From: an uncultured Methanosarcinaceae archaeon
GTDB taxonomy: Archaea > Halobacteriota > Methanosarcinia > Methanosarcinales > Methanosarcinaceae
Direction: 5' to 3'
Length of the DNA stretch: 64,000 nucleotides
Assembly (NCBI GenBank): GCA_963847185.1
Contig: CAWJYV010000002.1
Location: 64,001 to 128,000 of the forward strand
Both the position numbers and the translations under genes were made by a program. This document shows positions 44,178-54,660 of the stretch, piece after piece; the stretch's first letter is position 1; each line of letters starts with the position of its first letter. The notes beneath the pieces were generated by a model. It saw only the letters and a list, made by a program, of their open reading frames with translations. It ran no database searches and was not told the origin of the DNA.

Positions 44178-46163
44178 TTATACTTTTATTGGCAAAACTA
44201 CGAAAGGAATTCCTTCAGCGTACAGTTTCCTCTGTGATGCGAAAACAGTATAGTTATGTAGCCATCTTGTAATTGCCGAATCATTCGGGAAGACGATTTG
44301 TCCACCAAAGAACACAGCATTAGGGAACTTCTTTAAGATATCTGGTGCCAATTTTGTAACCTCTGCAACGACATCAGTGCCTACTGAGGTAAAACCTTCT
44401 GCATAGTAGCCACGTGATGAGAGCAATTTTACGTACTTATCTGCATCTTTACTTACCTGGGTTTGAAGTCCTTGAATTTCTTCTGCCCCTTTGAAGACCC
44501 CAGCATCGATCACACCAATTTGTACAAATACGAAATTCTTGTACATTCCACCGAACAACTTGAATATAGTCGACAGAGCCTGCATTCCCAAACCGTTAAA
44601 ACCGTTTACCAGAAGCACTGCGGTCTTATCCTGCATGTTAATTTTATTTGGAGTATCATTCTTAATTATGTTCTTACATTCAGCAGGGGTTGTCTTTGAA
44701 TTCAACGCTTTAATAAGCTCTGAGGCATTGTCATAATGGCGTCTTATGAGAAGAACAACTCCAGCAAAGGCTCCGATAATAAGTAATGTTACCCATCCGC
44801 CTTCACCGAACTTGACAGCTATTACTGACATCAGTATCAAAACTGTCAAAATGAGTCCTATACCATTGATAATGAATTTCTTCTTCCAGTCTTTAACTTT
44901 CGCTTTTGACTTCCACCAATGACAAACCATTCCCGCCTGGGACAGAATAAACGTTATGAAAACTGCTATGCTGTAAAGTACTATCAGGAGTTTGACTGAT
45001 CCCTGAGTAAGGAAGACCACAGCTAGGGCTGAAATGCCCATTATCAATATGCCATTTTGTGTCACAAGTCTGTCACTAAGCGTTGCAAACCTTGTCGGAA
45101 CCCATCTGTCCAGCGCCATATTTGCCAGAACCCTGGGACCGTCTAAAAAACCGGTCTGTGCAGCTACAAATAAGAGTCCTGCTTCGGATACAAGAGTTGC
45201 TATTACGAAATAGTGACCAAAAGTTCCCCAGGATTCGGTAATATTCTCAAAAAGAACAGCATTCAGAGTTTTTCCAGCTTCTGGGGAGACATTGTAAAGT
45301 ATATAAGCAAGCATCAGCCCTGCTGCCATGAATGCTAGCGAAATCGCCATGAGCTGCATGGTTTTCTTTGCTGTCTTTACCCTGGGTTCTCTCATCACCG
45401 GAACTGCATTACTTACGGCTTCAATTCCTGTATATGTTCCTGCACCCATGCTATATGAATGCAGGATAATAAAAAGCAACGCTGAAAGTCCTCCTGCGCC
45501 AGATGTCACACTACGAACCTCAGTTACAGTATTACTCATCACTGTTGGCGCACTCGTAAAATGGGTAAAAAATGCATATAATATTAAAGTAACATGAGCA
45601 ATTATGAATAATGAAAAAATAGGCATTAAAAACAAAACGGATTCTTTTACTCCTCTTAAGTTTAACAAAATAATTACCATGATTACAAAAAATGCAAATC
45701 CTAGTTTGAATGAGTGCCAGTTTGGTGGTAGAAAACTTAGCATGGCATCTACACCACTTGCTATCGAAATAGCAATTGTAAGTATATAGTCTATAAGAAG
45801 TGCACAACCCGATAACATTCCAAGAGAGGGGGATAGCAATTTACTCGCAACCAGATAACCGCCCCCACCTGTGGGAAATAACTCAATTATCTGCGAATAA
45901 CTTGTACTAATTACAAAAATCGTCAATATAATGCTCATTGCTACGAATATGGCAAGGTAAATATTATCTCCCAATGCCAGATATGCTTCTTCTGGACCAT
46001 ATGATGCAGAAGACATTGCGTCAGAACCAAGACCAACCCATGCGAAAAGAGCTATTAGAGAAACTTTATGAAAGATGTCAGAATCAAAAGGGTTACGGGG
46101 TTCACCGATAACTAAAGTCTTTAAAGACTTTAGTTTTTTGTTAAAGATTTCATCATCTTGCAT
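44178..46163 (-). CDS. APC-superfamily permease, KimA-like potassium transporter
   Basis: DAMSSASYGPEE, P.GGGGY, LLIDYILT.A.SI, TGIEAVSNAVP; about 12 TM helices plus a cytoplasmic C-terminal domain. Confidence 0.75.
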   Translation of the reverse strand: MQDDEIFNKKLKSLKTLVIGEPRNPFDSDIFHKVSLIALFAWVGLGSDAMSSASYGPEEAYLALGDNIYLAIFVAMSIILTIFVISTSYSQIIELFPTGGGGYLVASKLLSPSLGMLSGCALLIDYILTIAISIASGVDAMLSFLPPNWHSFKLGFAFFVIMVIILLNLRGVKESVLFLMPIFSLFIIAHVTLILYAFFTHFTSAPTVMSNTVTEVRSVTSGAGGLSALLFIILHSYSMGAGTYTGIEAVSNAVPVMREPRVKTAKKTMQLMAISLAFMAAGLMLAYILYNVSPEAGKTLNAVLFENITESWGTFGHYFVIATLVSEAGLLFVAAQTGFLDGPRVLANMALDRWVPTRFATLSDRLVTQNGILIMGISALAVVFLTQGSVKLLIVLYSIAVFITFILSQAGMVCHWWKSKAKVKDWKKKFIINGIGLILTVLILMSVIAVKFGEGGWVTLLIIGAFAGVVLLIRRHYDNASELIKALNSKTTPAECKNIIKNDTPNKINMQDKTAVLLVNGFNGLGMQALSTIFKLFGGMYKNFVFVQIGVIDAGVFKGAEEIQGLQTQVSKDADKYVKLLSSRGYYAEGFTSVGTDVVAEVTKLAPDILKKFPNAVFFGGQIVFPNDSAITRWLHNYTVFASQRKLYAEGIPFVVLPIKV

Positions 46164-46648
46164 TTTTATTTAGCCTTCGTTTTATTTTTTCAGTCATTTC
46201 ATTATAAGTAATAATTATGAAGACCTCAAATTCACACAAGTATTGTTAACTCATTTGAGTCCTAGTATTTGGATTTGTTTATTAGATTCAAATTTTTGAG
46301 GGTGTTTTCAAAAACATATAATATTTCATTTGCTATCGTTTTTTGAATCAAATTCAATAAATTATAATTATTATTAATTGAATTTTGGGAAAGGATAATG
46401 GCAGACTTTTGATTAAGGTACAATATCTAAAAGTTGAGGATATTTTTTCAACTACTATTAAAATTTTAATTTTTTAAAAACACGCGTTTCAAACACTGTT
46501 AATGTTGAGACCATCCTCAAAAGAAAGGGTATTCCTTAGAAACATGCTCATTTAATTTTACTTTTTTCCAAAGGCTACTTAAACAAGAAGGTCAATTTAT
46601 TTAAAACAAGTTTAATTTATTTAGAATCGGTCTTTTTTAGGGAATCTT

Positions 46649-47995
46649 ATGAAAGCAATAATCATAGGAGCAGGAGAAGTTGGATATCATATTGCAAAGT
46701 CTCTTTCCCTCACACACGACGTGATTGTTATTGAGAAAGATGAGGAAATCGCAAGAAGAGCAGATGAACTGGATGTTCAGGTCATTGAGGGGAATGGTGC
46801 AAACGTCGATATTCTCACTGATATTCTTCATGATGCTGACATTCTTGTTGCTGTGACGGGTGTTGATGAAGTCAACATCGTTGCATGTATGACTGCAAAA
46901 CTGATAATAAGATCCCACGCTGGCTGGAAAGAAATAAAAACAATTGCAAGAGTCAGCAACCCTGATTATATTGATGTTCCTGTAACCTCAAGATCTCAGG
47001 TAGGAGTTGACATAATGATCTGCCCGGAACTTGCGCTTGCCTCCCAGGTTGCTGAAGTATTATCAAGTCCATCTGCAATAGATGCGGAAGTTTTTGCAGG
47101 TGGAAAAGTTCAGATGATGGAATTTGCCATCCGTCCTGAGAATAAAATGGTAGGAAAGCAGATACAGAATCTTAAGCTTGACGAATGTTGCATTGTCAGT
47201 GCTATCTTTAGGAAAGAGGAAATAATCATTCCTCACGGAAATGACCTGATAAAAGCAGACGACCATATAGTAATTGTGGGCAAGCCTGCAGCCGTGGAAA
47301 ACCTTATCCGTACCTTTGGAGACGGGGAACCTCACAGAATCAGAATTCTGCTTATAGGCTGCGGAATTGTAGGGTTCTATCTAGCCAAAATTATAGACAG
47401 AGACGGGAAAGCCGATCTCAAGATTATCGAATATAAGAAAAGCCGCTGCATAGAAGTAGCCGAGATGCTGGAAAATTCCCTCATCTTAAACGGTGATGGT
47501 ACTGATGTCAACCTTCTGAGGGAAGAGAATATCGAAGATATGGACGTTGTTCTTGCAGTTACAGATAATGATGAGAAAAATCTCCTGTGTTCTCTTCTGG
47601 CGAAGCAAATGGGAGCAAAAAAGGTTATCGCAAGGGCTGACCGCTCTGACTATGTACCTCTTTTCGAAATGGTCGGGATAGATATGGCAGTCAGTCCCAG
47701 GGAAGCGACTGTAAATGAAGTGCTCAAACTTACCATGGGAAGAGGGATACAGACCCTTGCCACTCTTGAAGATGAAAGGGCCGAAATTATCGAGTATACG
47801 ACTTCCAGGCAGTCAAAGATTACAGGGAAATCTCTTGAAAAAGTTAAGTTCCCCAAAGGTGCACTCGTTACCATGGTAGTGCGCAATGATGATGCCGTCA
47901 TTCCCAGAGGAGACTTTATAGTTCGGGAAGGAGACAAGGTAATAGTTTTCGCGTTATCTTCTACTGTATCAGCTGTGGAAAAATTGTTTAAGTAA
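46649..47995 (+). CDS. trkA: Trk potassium uptake regulatory subunit TrkA
   Basis: Two RCK N/C domain pairs with GAGEVG and GCGIVG. Confidence 0.95.
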   Translation: MKAIIIGAGEVGYHIAKSLSLTHDVIVIEKDEEIARRADELDVQVIEGNGANVDILTDILHDADILVAVTGVDEVNIVACMTAKLIIRSHAGWKEIKTIARVSNPDYIDVPVTSRSQVGVDIMICPELALASQVAEVLSSPSAIDAEVFAGGKVQMMEFAIRPENKMVGKQIQNLKLDECCIVSAIFRKEEIIIPHGNDLIKADDHIVIVGKPAAVENLIRTFGDGEPHRIRILLIGCGIVGFYLAKIIDRDGKADLKIIEYKKSRCIEVAEMLENSLILNGDGTDVNLLREENIEDMDVVLAVTDNDEKNLLCSLLAKQMGAKKVIARADRSDYVPLFEMVGIDMAVSPREATVNEVLKLTMGRGIQTLATLEDERAEIIEYTTSRQSKITGKSLEKVKFPKGALVTMVVRNDDAVIPRGDFIVREGDKVIVFALSSTVSAVEKLFK

Positions 47996-48049
47996 CAGAG
48001 AAATAGAAATAATCAAAAATTCTCATTATCTGTAAAATAGAGGTTTCTC

Positions 48050-49480
48050 ATGAATTTTAGGGTTGTCCTATACGTACTTGGCGGAGTACTCAGGCTGCTT
48101 GGAATTTTCATGATAATCCCTCTTGGAGTAGCATATTACTACGGGGAAAATTTAACTCCTTTTCTGGTTTCTATTGCTATAACCATGCTTACAGGTCTTT
48201 TCCTGCTCTCCTACAAAACTGAGGAGGAATGGATGCGTAAAGAGGGCTTTGCGATCGTTGCACTGAGCTGGCTTGCAGCTGCAGTTTTCGGAGCCATCCC
48301 TTTTATGCTCGATGGGATTTCTCCTTTAAACGCTGTTTTTGAATCCATGTCTGGATTTACAACCACAGGGTCATCAATTCTTACTGATATAGAAAGTCAT
48401 CCAAAAAGTATCCTTTTCTGGAGAGGTTTGATTATGTGGCTGGGTGGCATGGGCATTATCGTGTTTTTTATCGCCATCCTGCCTAAATTAGGAGTTGTGG
48501 GCCGCCAGCTTTTGCGAGCAGAAGCTCCAGGGCCTACAGAGGATAAGCTCAAACCACGAGTCAGAGAAACAGCAAGAATTCTCTGGATGGTTTATTTTGC
48601 GATCTCCTTTATGCAGGTTGTTGCTCTCCTATTTGCAGGTGTCTCGCTTTATGACGCGCTTAATCATATGTTTGCTACAATGGGTTGCGGAGGTTTCTCC
48701 AATTATGCGCTGAGTGTTGGCGCTTTTCAGAGTCCTCTTGTAGAGTATATAATAACTTTTTTTACTTTTGTTGCTGGCGCAAACTTTGCTCTATATTACC
48801 GGGCTATACATACAAATAAAAACTTACTTTTTAAAGACGAAGAATTTCAACTCTATACGTTTCTGATACTTGGAGCAAGCGGGCTTCTTACCCTCCTGCT
48901 CTGGCGAGATCTTGGTACAGGAATTCTTGATTCATTCAGGCTTGCTATTTTCCAGGTAGTCACAATCATGACCAGTACCGGGTTTGCGACAACAGATTTT
49001 AACCTCTGGCCCGAATCTGCAAAAATGATACTTATTCTGGTTATGTTTGTTGGAGCTTGTGCTGGCTCTACAGGTGGAGGTATTAAGGTTGTGCGTATCC
49101 TTATTCTTCTCAGGCACAGCAGAAACGAATTGTTCAAGGCCCTTCATCCGAGAGCTGTAAAAAGTGTCAGATTCAACAATAAAAATGTGCCAGAGGAGAT
49201 AATCAGTTCTATTGTCTCATTTGTTGTCATATATCTCCTTGTCTTTGTATCAAGTGCACTGATTCTCTCAGTTCTCGGCATGGACATAATGACTTCGATT
49301 ACCGCCTCCATAGCCACTCTTGGTAATATAGGTCCTGGTCTGAATGTAGTAGGCCCAATGGGCAGTTTTGATCCCATCCCTCCACTAGGAAAATTAGTAC
49401 TGATTGCAAATATGTGGATTGGAAGGCTAGAAGTCTACACTGTAATTTTACTCTTTACGCCTGAGTTCTGGAAAAAGTAA
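48050..49480 (+). CDS. trkH: Trk potassium uptake membrane subunit TrkH
   Basis: FESMSGFTTTG, WLGGMGII, GSTGGGIK, LGNIGPG, GRLE. Confidence 0.95.
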   Translation: MNFRVVLYVLGGVLRLLGIFMIIPLGVAYYYGENLTPFLVSIAITMLTGLFLLSYKTEEEWMRKEGFAIVALSWLAAAVFGAIPFMLDGISPLNAVFESMSGFTTTGSSILTDIESHPKSILFWRGLIMWLGGMGIIVFFIAILPKLGVVGRQLLRAEAPGPTEDKLKPRVRETARILWMVYFAISFMQVVALLFAGVSLYDALNHMFATMGCGGFSNYALSVGAFQSPLVEYIITFFTFVAGANFALYYRAIHTNKNLLFKDEEFQLYTFLILGASGLLTLLLWRDLGTGILDSFRLAIFQVVTIMTSTGFATTDFNLWPESAKMILILVMFVGACAGSTGGGIKVVRILILLRHSRNELFKALHPRAVKSVRFNNKNVPEEIISSIVSFVVIYLLVFVSSALILSVLGMDIMTSITASIATLGNIGPGLNVVGPMGSFDPIPPLGKLVLIANMWIGRLEVYTVILLFTPEFWKK

Positions 49481-49484
49481 TTAC

Positions 49485-49720
49485 CACCCGAGTTCCGCTT
49501 CGGCACCCGAATTCCGCTTCGGGAGCACGGGGTCTGTTTCGCTTCGCTCAAGCAGACTAACTTATGGTTTAGAATATCAAATTTTGCTTCTGGATCACAG
49601 GAAATTAGAGATTTTCTGGGAGTTGCGATGTAATCGCAACAGTATGCCATCCTTTTCGCTGAGCTCAAGAGGACTAATCTATGGGATAGAAATTTTCGTA
49701 TTTTTTTCAAAAGGACTAAC
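49485..49720. repeat. Intergenic palindromic repeat cluster
   Basis: Two 19-bp tandem units CACCCGARTTCCGCTTCGG, then two related TTTCGCT..GCTCAAG...GACTAA hairpin motifs at about 49532-49560 and 49650-49677. Confidence 0.6.
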
Positions 49721-49774
49721 TGCAAAAAGAAAAGAAATTAAAAAAGAATTGGAAATTGCCTGAGATTTCAGGCA

Positions 49775-50998
49775 TTACATTTTACTTTTTACTACTTCTT
49801 TTGCAGCGTCTTTGAAAAGCACGCGGAGGTCCCAGAGAAGTTTTTTATTGGCCTTAAAAAGGGCGTGCAGAAGATCGAGGAGGCTCATTCTCTCAAACTT
49901 TATACCTTCTAGAGAATAGGCAAGAGAATCCAGATCCTCATCACTAATATTAATAAAACAGTTCTTTACGATTAGACTCAGGTCTATGGCATGCCCTATG
50001 GTCGCTCTCCAAGGTTTCTCGTAAACCTCTTCGAGTTTCTCAAGAGAAACGTCTCCTGTTGATATAGCAGCATAAGCTGCCTCTCCTGCAAGCTCCCCTG
50101 CGTCCATAGCGTTAAGTATTCCGCCGCCTGTGATAGGGTCGGACTGGCGCGCAGCATCTCCAATTAGCATCAGCCCATTGGTTGAAGTCTTTTCAATGCT
50201 GCCTGAAACCGGGACTCCCCCGAAAACCATCTCGATTATTCTGGCATCAGGGAATCTTTTCTCAACGAAAGCATTGAGGTAATCCACAGGTCTTGGCTTG
50301 AATTTTCCTAATTTATTCCCAAGAACCCCTATCCCTACGTTTGCCTTGCCTTCCCCTTTAGGGAAAATCCATATGTAACCACCGGGTGCGACCTCATTTC
50401 CTACGTAAAACTCGCAGTACTCCTGATCTATGTTTGCACCTGCTATAAGATACTGGGTACAGGTTTCGATGTCTATGGGCTTTAAGGAAGTGTCAATGCC
50501 TGCCCACCTGCCTACCTTAGATTCGACCCCATCAGCGCCTATCACTATTTTGGCACGCACATCATACTCTTTTCCAAGATGCATGAGTCTGGCACCCTTA
50601 ACGAAGTCATCCTCAATGATCAGGCCAGTTGCTCTGGTTTTTACTCTGACCTCAGCTCCAGCTTTTGCAGCCATTTCTGCAAGAGCACGATCAAAGACCT
50701 TTCTTTCAAGCACATAGCCAACTTCTCCGCCGGCTATTTCTTCCGCCATTTCTATCTTAGTACCGTTAGGAGAGTAAATACGAGAGCCCTTGAGGTCAGC
50801 GCAAATCCATTGTTTGTCAATTTCCACGTGCTGTTTGAGATATTCCTTGCTCACACCCTCGGCGCAGCGTACGGGATCGCCTATTTCCTGGCGTTTCTCT
50901 ATTAAAAGCACATCAAGTCCCTTTTCAGCCGCGGTTTTGGCAGCAATGGAACCTGCGGGCCCGGCTCCTATCACTAAAACATCATACCTATCCTTCAT
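49775..50998 (-). CDS. Geranylgeranyl reductase (digeranylgeranylglycerophospholipid reductase)
   Basis: [39 protein letters not shown]. Confidence 0.9.
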   Translation of the reverse strand: MKDRYDVLVIGAGPAGSIAAKTAAEKGLDVLLIEKRQEIGDPVRCAEGVSKEYLKQHVEIDKQWICADLKGSRIYSPNGTKIEMAEEIAGGEVGYVLERKVFDRALAEMAAKAGAEVRVKTRATGLIIEDDFVKGARLMHLGKEYDVRAKIVIGADGVESKVGRWAGIDTSLKPIDIETCTQYLIAGANIDQEYCEFYVGNEVAPGGYIWIFPKGEGKANVGIGVLGNKLGKFKPRPVDYLNAFVEKRFPDARIIEMVFGGVPVSGSIEKTSTNGLMLIGDAARQSDPITGGGILNAMDAGELAGEAAYAAISTGDVSLEKLEEVYEKPWRATIGHAIDLSLIVKNCFINISDEDLDSLAYSLEGIKFERMSLLDLLHALFKANKKLLWDLRVLFKDAAKEVVKSKM

Positions 50999-51171
50999 TT
51001 TATTACCTCAATTGCTCCCACAGGACAGATGCGATCGCATATTCCGCATGCAATGCACATAGTTTCATCTACTTCAACCCAGGTCTCTACAAGTTCGAGT
51101 GCCCCCTTGGGGCAGACTCCCACACAGGCACCACAATATCCACACTTATATCTGTTTACGTTGATGCTCAC
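50995..51171 (-). CDS. 2x[4Fe-4S] ferredoxin
   Basis: [12 protein letters not shown] and [12 protein letters not shown]; GTG start with GGTGA upstream; overlaps the reductase start. Confidence 0.92.
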   Translation of the reverse strand: MSINVNRYKCGYCGACVGVCPKGALELVETWVEVDETMCIACGICDRICPVGAIEVIK

Positions 51172-51623
51172 TAGCTCACCTGTAAATTTTAAAGGCAAAT
51201 AAGGTAATTATGGCATGTTAAGGCAGTTTGGTAAATTATAGTAATTTTAAGGAAGATAAATAACAATTATCTAACATATAGTTTTTGTTAACTAAGACTG
51301 CCAAGCTTGAAAAAAATCTTTCAAGTTATGCCTTCAGGAAAATCACTTTTAAATTTTTTACTTCTACTTAGTAAAAGTATTTTTGAGAATATACTTACAA
51401 AATTTTGACGTATAGTTTGGAAGCTCTCATTTATAATTGCAAAGAATTCTTATTTTACGAGAGTTTCCCTTACAGTCCATAAAGAGATTCCTAGCTATAT
51501 CACAATAAATATTTTATATTTTCCATGAAACCCCTATATTCCACTGATTTAACTTATGTTCCCATAATTACTTCCCTTTAACCCCATATAACCTTTTGCC
51601 GTCTTAAATTTGCTATTACAATA

Positions 51624-52259
51624 TCACTGGCTTGAAATTGGAGACAGTTTTACCCTTCCTCTGCTGATCTTGAGCAGGAACTTTTTACTAATGTAATCTT
51701 TTGAAGCTCCTTTTCCGTGTATAAACAGTTCCACCAGATCTTCCGGTTCATCTATATCAGTGCCTGCCAGGAAAGAATAGTATACCTCTACTTTCTGCCC
51801 TGCTTCTGCTGCAATCGAGCAGTGTGTCAGAAAACTTGACCCATAGTATCTGACCCTGTAGATCGATGGGTTCCTGATAAACAGGATATTTGTGCCTCCT
51901 CCTTTTCCCGGCACAATGCATACATCTTCTTTTGTTGAAATTATCTCTTTTATATGATCCGGAGAGAGAAGAGGCAGGTCAGCCATTGCAATCAGGACTG
52001 GCTCTTCAGCCTGCTCCAGATACCTGTTAAGAGCCTCATTCAGATCATTTTTATCCAGAAGGACTCTGGCTTTCTGCATATTCTCAAGACCGTACATCGA
52101 AGGACTGAGAATATCTATTTTTTCCACTCCGGCATCTTTAAGGGAGTCTATTACCTGATTCAACATAATTTCTACGAATTCTTCCCTTTCTTCCTGGCTG
52201 AAGACGGGTGATAATCGGGATTTTGCACCGGCTTTTTTATAGGGAATTACAGCTTTCAT
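51624..52259 (-). CDS. cofC: 2-phospho-L-lactate guanylyltransferase CofC
   Basis: AVIPYK..AKSRLS, MADLP, GGGTN, DIDEPEDL. Confidence 0.92.
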   Translation of the reverse strand: MKAVIPYKKAGAKSRLSPVFSQEEREEFVEIMLNQVIDSLKDAGVEKIDILSPSMYGLENMQKARVLLDKNDLNEALNRYLEQAEEPVLIAMADLPLLSPDHIKEIISTKEDVCIVPGKGGGTNILFIRNPSIYRVRYYGSSFLTHCSIAAEAGQKVEVYYSFLAGTDIDEPEDLVELFIHGKGASKDYISKKFLLKISRGRVKLSPISSQ

Positions 52260-52317
52260 CTGGACTCCTGAAAATAGTGATTTTTTAACCTTCTGAAAAC
52301 CCATATTTTAATCTGTC

Positions 52318-53484
52318 TCATTCCCTGCTGCCCAGTCTGGTTCTCCCGCAGCTCGAAAGAGAACCTTCCCTATTTTGGAATCCGGGCTCTACTTTCCTGT
52401 AGAGCGTATCTCTCTGCATGGGGATTCTTCCTGCACCTTTTATCATCCACTCAAATTCTGCTGGTGATACGTATTCTCCATGACTGCCTCCGGAAGCAGT
52501 TGAGATCTGGTCTTCCATAAGCGTACCTCCAAGGTCGTTTGCCCCGCACTGTAGAGCTACCTGAGCAAGTTTTTTCCCGAGCTTAACCCAGGTTGCCTGA
52601 ATGTTATTTACATAAGTATGCAGGATTATGCGGGAAATGGCTATGAGCTGCAGGTCTTCAAGGCCTGTGCTGGTAAACTTTCCGGAAGCCAGCATCTTTT
52701 CTCCTATGGGGTTGTTATAGGGTAAAAAGGACATAGGAATAAGTTCCGAAATTCCGCCGGTTTCTTTCTGGATTTCGCGTATGGTAAAAACGTGGTCAAG
52801 GCGCTCTTCCAGAGTCTCTACATGCCCGTACATAATAGTGGAATTTGTGGAAATTCCGGCCTTATGTGCCGCCTTTACCGTATCTATCCATTGCTGAGTG
52901 TTTATTTTTCCTGGACAGATTATTTTCCTCACTCTATCAGAAAGGATCTCGGCAGAAGTGCCTGTGAGAGAATCAAGCCCGCTTTTTTTCAGTTTACGCA
53001 GGGCTTCTTCTACAGACATGCCGGAAAGTCCTGCTGCATAATTTACTTCCATAGGAGACAGGGCATGAATGCAGAGATCAGGGAAATCGGATTTTATAGA
53101 TTCTATAATCTCAAGATAGAATTCCATATCAGCTTCCGGGGTATACCCTCCCTGAACACAGACCTCGACAGCTCCGGCTTCTCTCGCCTCTTCTGTTTTT
53201 TTCAGGATTTCTTCTACGCTCAGAATATAACCCTTCTCTGTCCTGTAGGCACAGAATCCGCAGTTTCCAACGCACTTGTTTGTTATGTAAATGTTCCTGT
53301 TTACTACATAGCTTACAAAATCGCCCACGGCATTAGCTCGAAGTTCGTTGGCGAGTTCGAAAAGCTCAAACGGATTTCCTTCAATCAGGAGAAGAGCATC
53401 CTCTTTTGTACATTTTCCCTGATATGCCCTTTCAACTATATCTTCAGGGACAGCTGCCGATTTTTTCATGTACATCTCTATCAT
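52318..53484 (-). CDS. cofH: FO synthase subunit CofH (paralog 2)
   Basis: VNRNI, CVGNCGFC, AEILSD, MYGHVET, GANDLGGTLME. Confidence 0.9.
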   Translation of the reverse strand: MIEMYMKKSAAVPEDIVERAYQGKCTKEDALLLIEGNPFELFELANELRANAVGDFVSYVVNRNIYITNKCVGNCGFCAYRTEKGYILSVEEILKKTEEAREAGAVEVCVQGGYTPEADMEFYLEIIESIKSDFPDLCIHALSPMEVNYAAGLSGMSVEEALRKLKKSGLDSLTGTSAEILSDRVRKIICPGKINTQQWIDTVKAAHKAGISTNSTIMYGHVETLEERLDHVFTIREIQKETGGISELIPMSFLPYNNPIGEKMLASGKFTSTGLEDLQLIAISRIILHTYVNNIQATWVKLGKKLAQVALQCGANDLGGTLMEDQISTASGGSHGEYVSPAEFEWMIKGAGRIPMQRDTLYRKVEPGFQNREGSLSSCGRTRLGSRE

Positions 53485-53529
53485 TCCCGTTTTAAACGTA
53501 TCTTTCAGTTTATTCCTGATAAATAAAAC

Positions 53530-54660
53530 TCAATTGGAAATTCCAAAACCTGCTCTCTTTCTCGAATTTCCTGAAGCCAGCTTATTTACTCCATTGTATA
53601 GAGTGTTTCTCTCTTTTGGAATCCTGCCTGCTCCATGGATCATCCATTCCAGTTCCTCTACAGAGATCATTTCTCCGTGACTGGCTCCGGCCGACCTGGA
53701 AATGCTTTCTTCCATAAGGGTGCCTCCGAGGTCGTTAGCCCCGCAGTGAAGGGCAAATTGAGCAAGCTTTTTCCCTAATTTCACCCAGCTTGATTGAATG
53801 TTATTCACGTGACCGTGAAGGAGTATACGAGAAACAGCATAGATTTTCAAGTCCTCAAGTCCAGGAGTGGCATATCTGCCTTCCCTGATCATTTTTTCCC
53901 CTACAGGATTGTTGTAGGGCATAAAAGGCAGGGGCACAAATTCCGTAATTCCTCCCGTTTCTTTCTGGATTTCTCTGATGATAAGCATGTGATCTATCCT
54001 TTCTTCCGGGGTTTCAACATGCCCGTACATCATGGTTGCAGTAGTGGGAATGCCTGTCGCATGCGCCTGCCTGACTACCTCAACCCACTCCGAAGTTTTA
54101 AGTTTTAAGGGACAGATTATCTCCCTTACCCTGTCGGAGAGAATTTCAGCTGCGGTTCCTGGCATAGTGTCAAGCCCGCTTTTCTTGAGTCTGAAAAGAG
54201 CCTCTTTCACTGAGATCCCGCTGACATGGGCGGCATGATACACTTCCATTGGCGAAAATGAGTGAATATGCATCTCCGGAAACTCAGCTTTTATAGCCTC
54301 TGCAATTCCCTGATAGAAGTCAAGGCCCACATCCGGAAGCAAACCCCCCTGAATGCATACTTCAGTCGCTTTTGCCTGCTTTGCCGCTCTTACCTTTTCC
54401 ATGATTTCTTCAATGCTGAGTACCTTGCCTGTGTTTGTCCGAAATGCGCAAAAGCCGCATGTTCCTATACAGCGGCTTGTGAAATTTATATTCCTGTTAA
54501 CTACGTAGGTTACCGTGTCCCCGACTGCAAGGTCACGAAGCTCGTCCGCAAACCTGAAAAGTTCGAAAGGAGGTATTTCCAGAAGCAAGAGCGCGTCTTC
54601 TTTTGTGCTCTTCCCCTGGTACGCACGTTCTATGAGGTCTTCGGGAATTTTGCCGTTCAT
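53530..54660 (-). CDS. cofH: FO synthase subunit CofH (paralog 1)
   Basis: VNRNINFT, CIGTCGFC, MPGTAAEIL, GANDLGGTLMEE. Confidence 0.92.
   Translation of the reverse strand: MNGKIPEDLIERAYQGKSTKEDALLLLEIPPFELFRFADELRDLAVGDTVTYVVNRNINFTSRCIGTCGFCAFRTNTGKVLSIEEIMEKVRAAKQAKATEVCIQGGLLPDVGLDFYQGIAEAIKAEFPEMHIHSFSPMEVYHAAHVSGISVKEALFRLKKSGLDTMPGTAAEILSDRVREIICPLKLKTSEWVEVVRQAHATGIPTTATMMYGHVETPEERIDHMLIIREIQKETGGITEFVPLPFMPYNNPVGEKMIREGRYATPGLEDLKIYAVSRILLHGHVNNIQSSWVKLGKKLAQFALHCGANDLGGTLMEESISRSAGASHGEMISVEELEWMIHGAGRIPKERNTLYNGVNKLASGNSRKRAGFGISN

Noticed and set aside
52318-54660. Tandem cofH duplication as a novelty
   Set aside because: Two adjacent cofH paralogs are, as far as I recall, usual in Methanosarcina.
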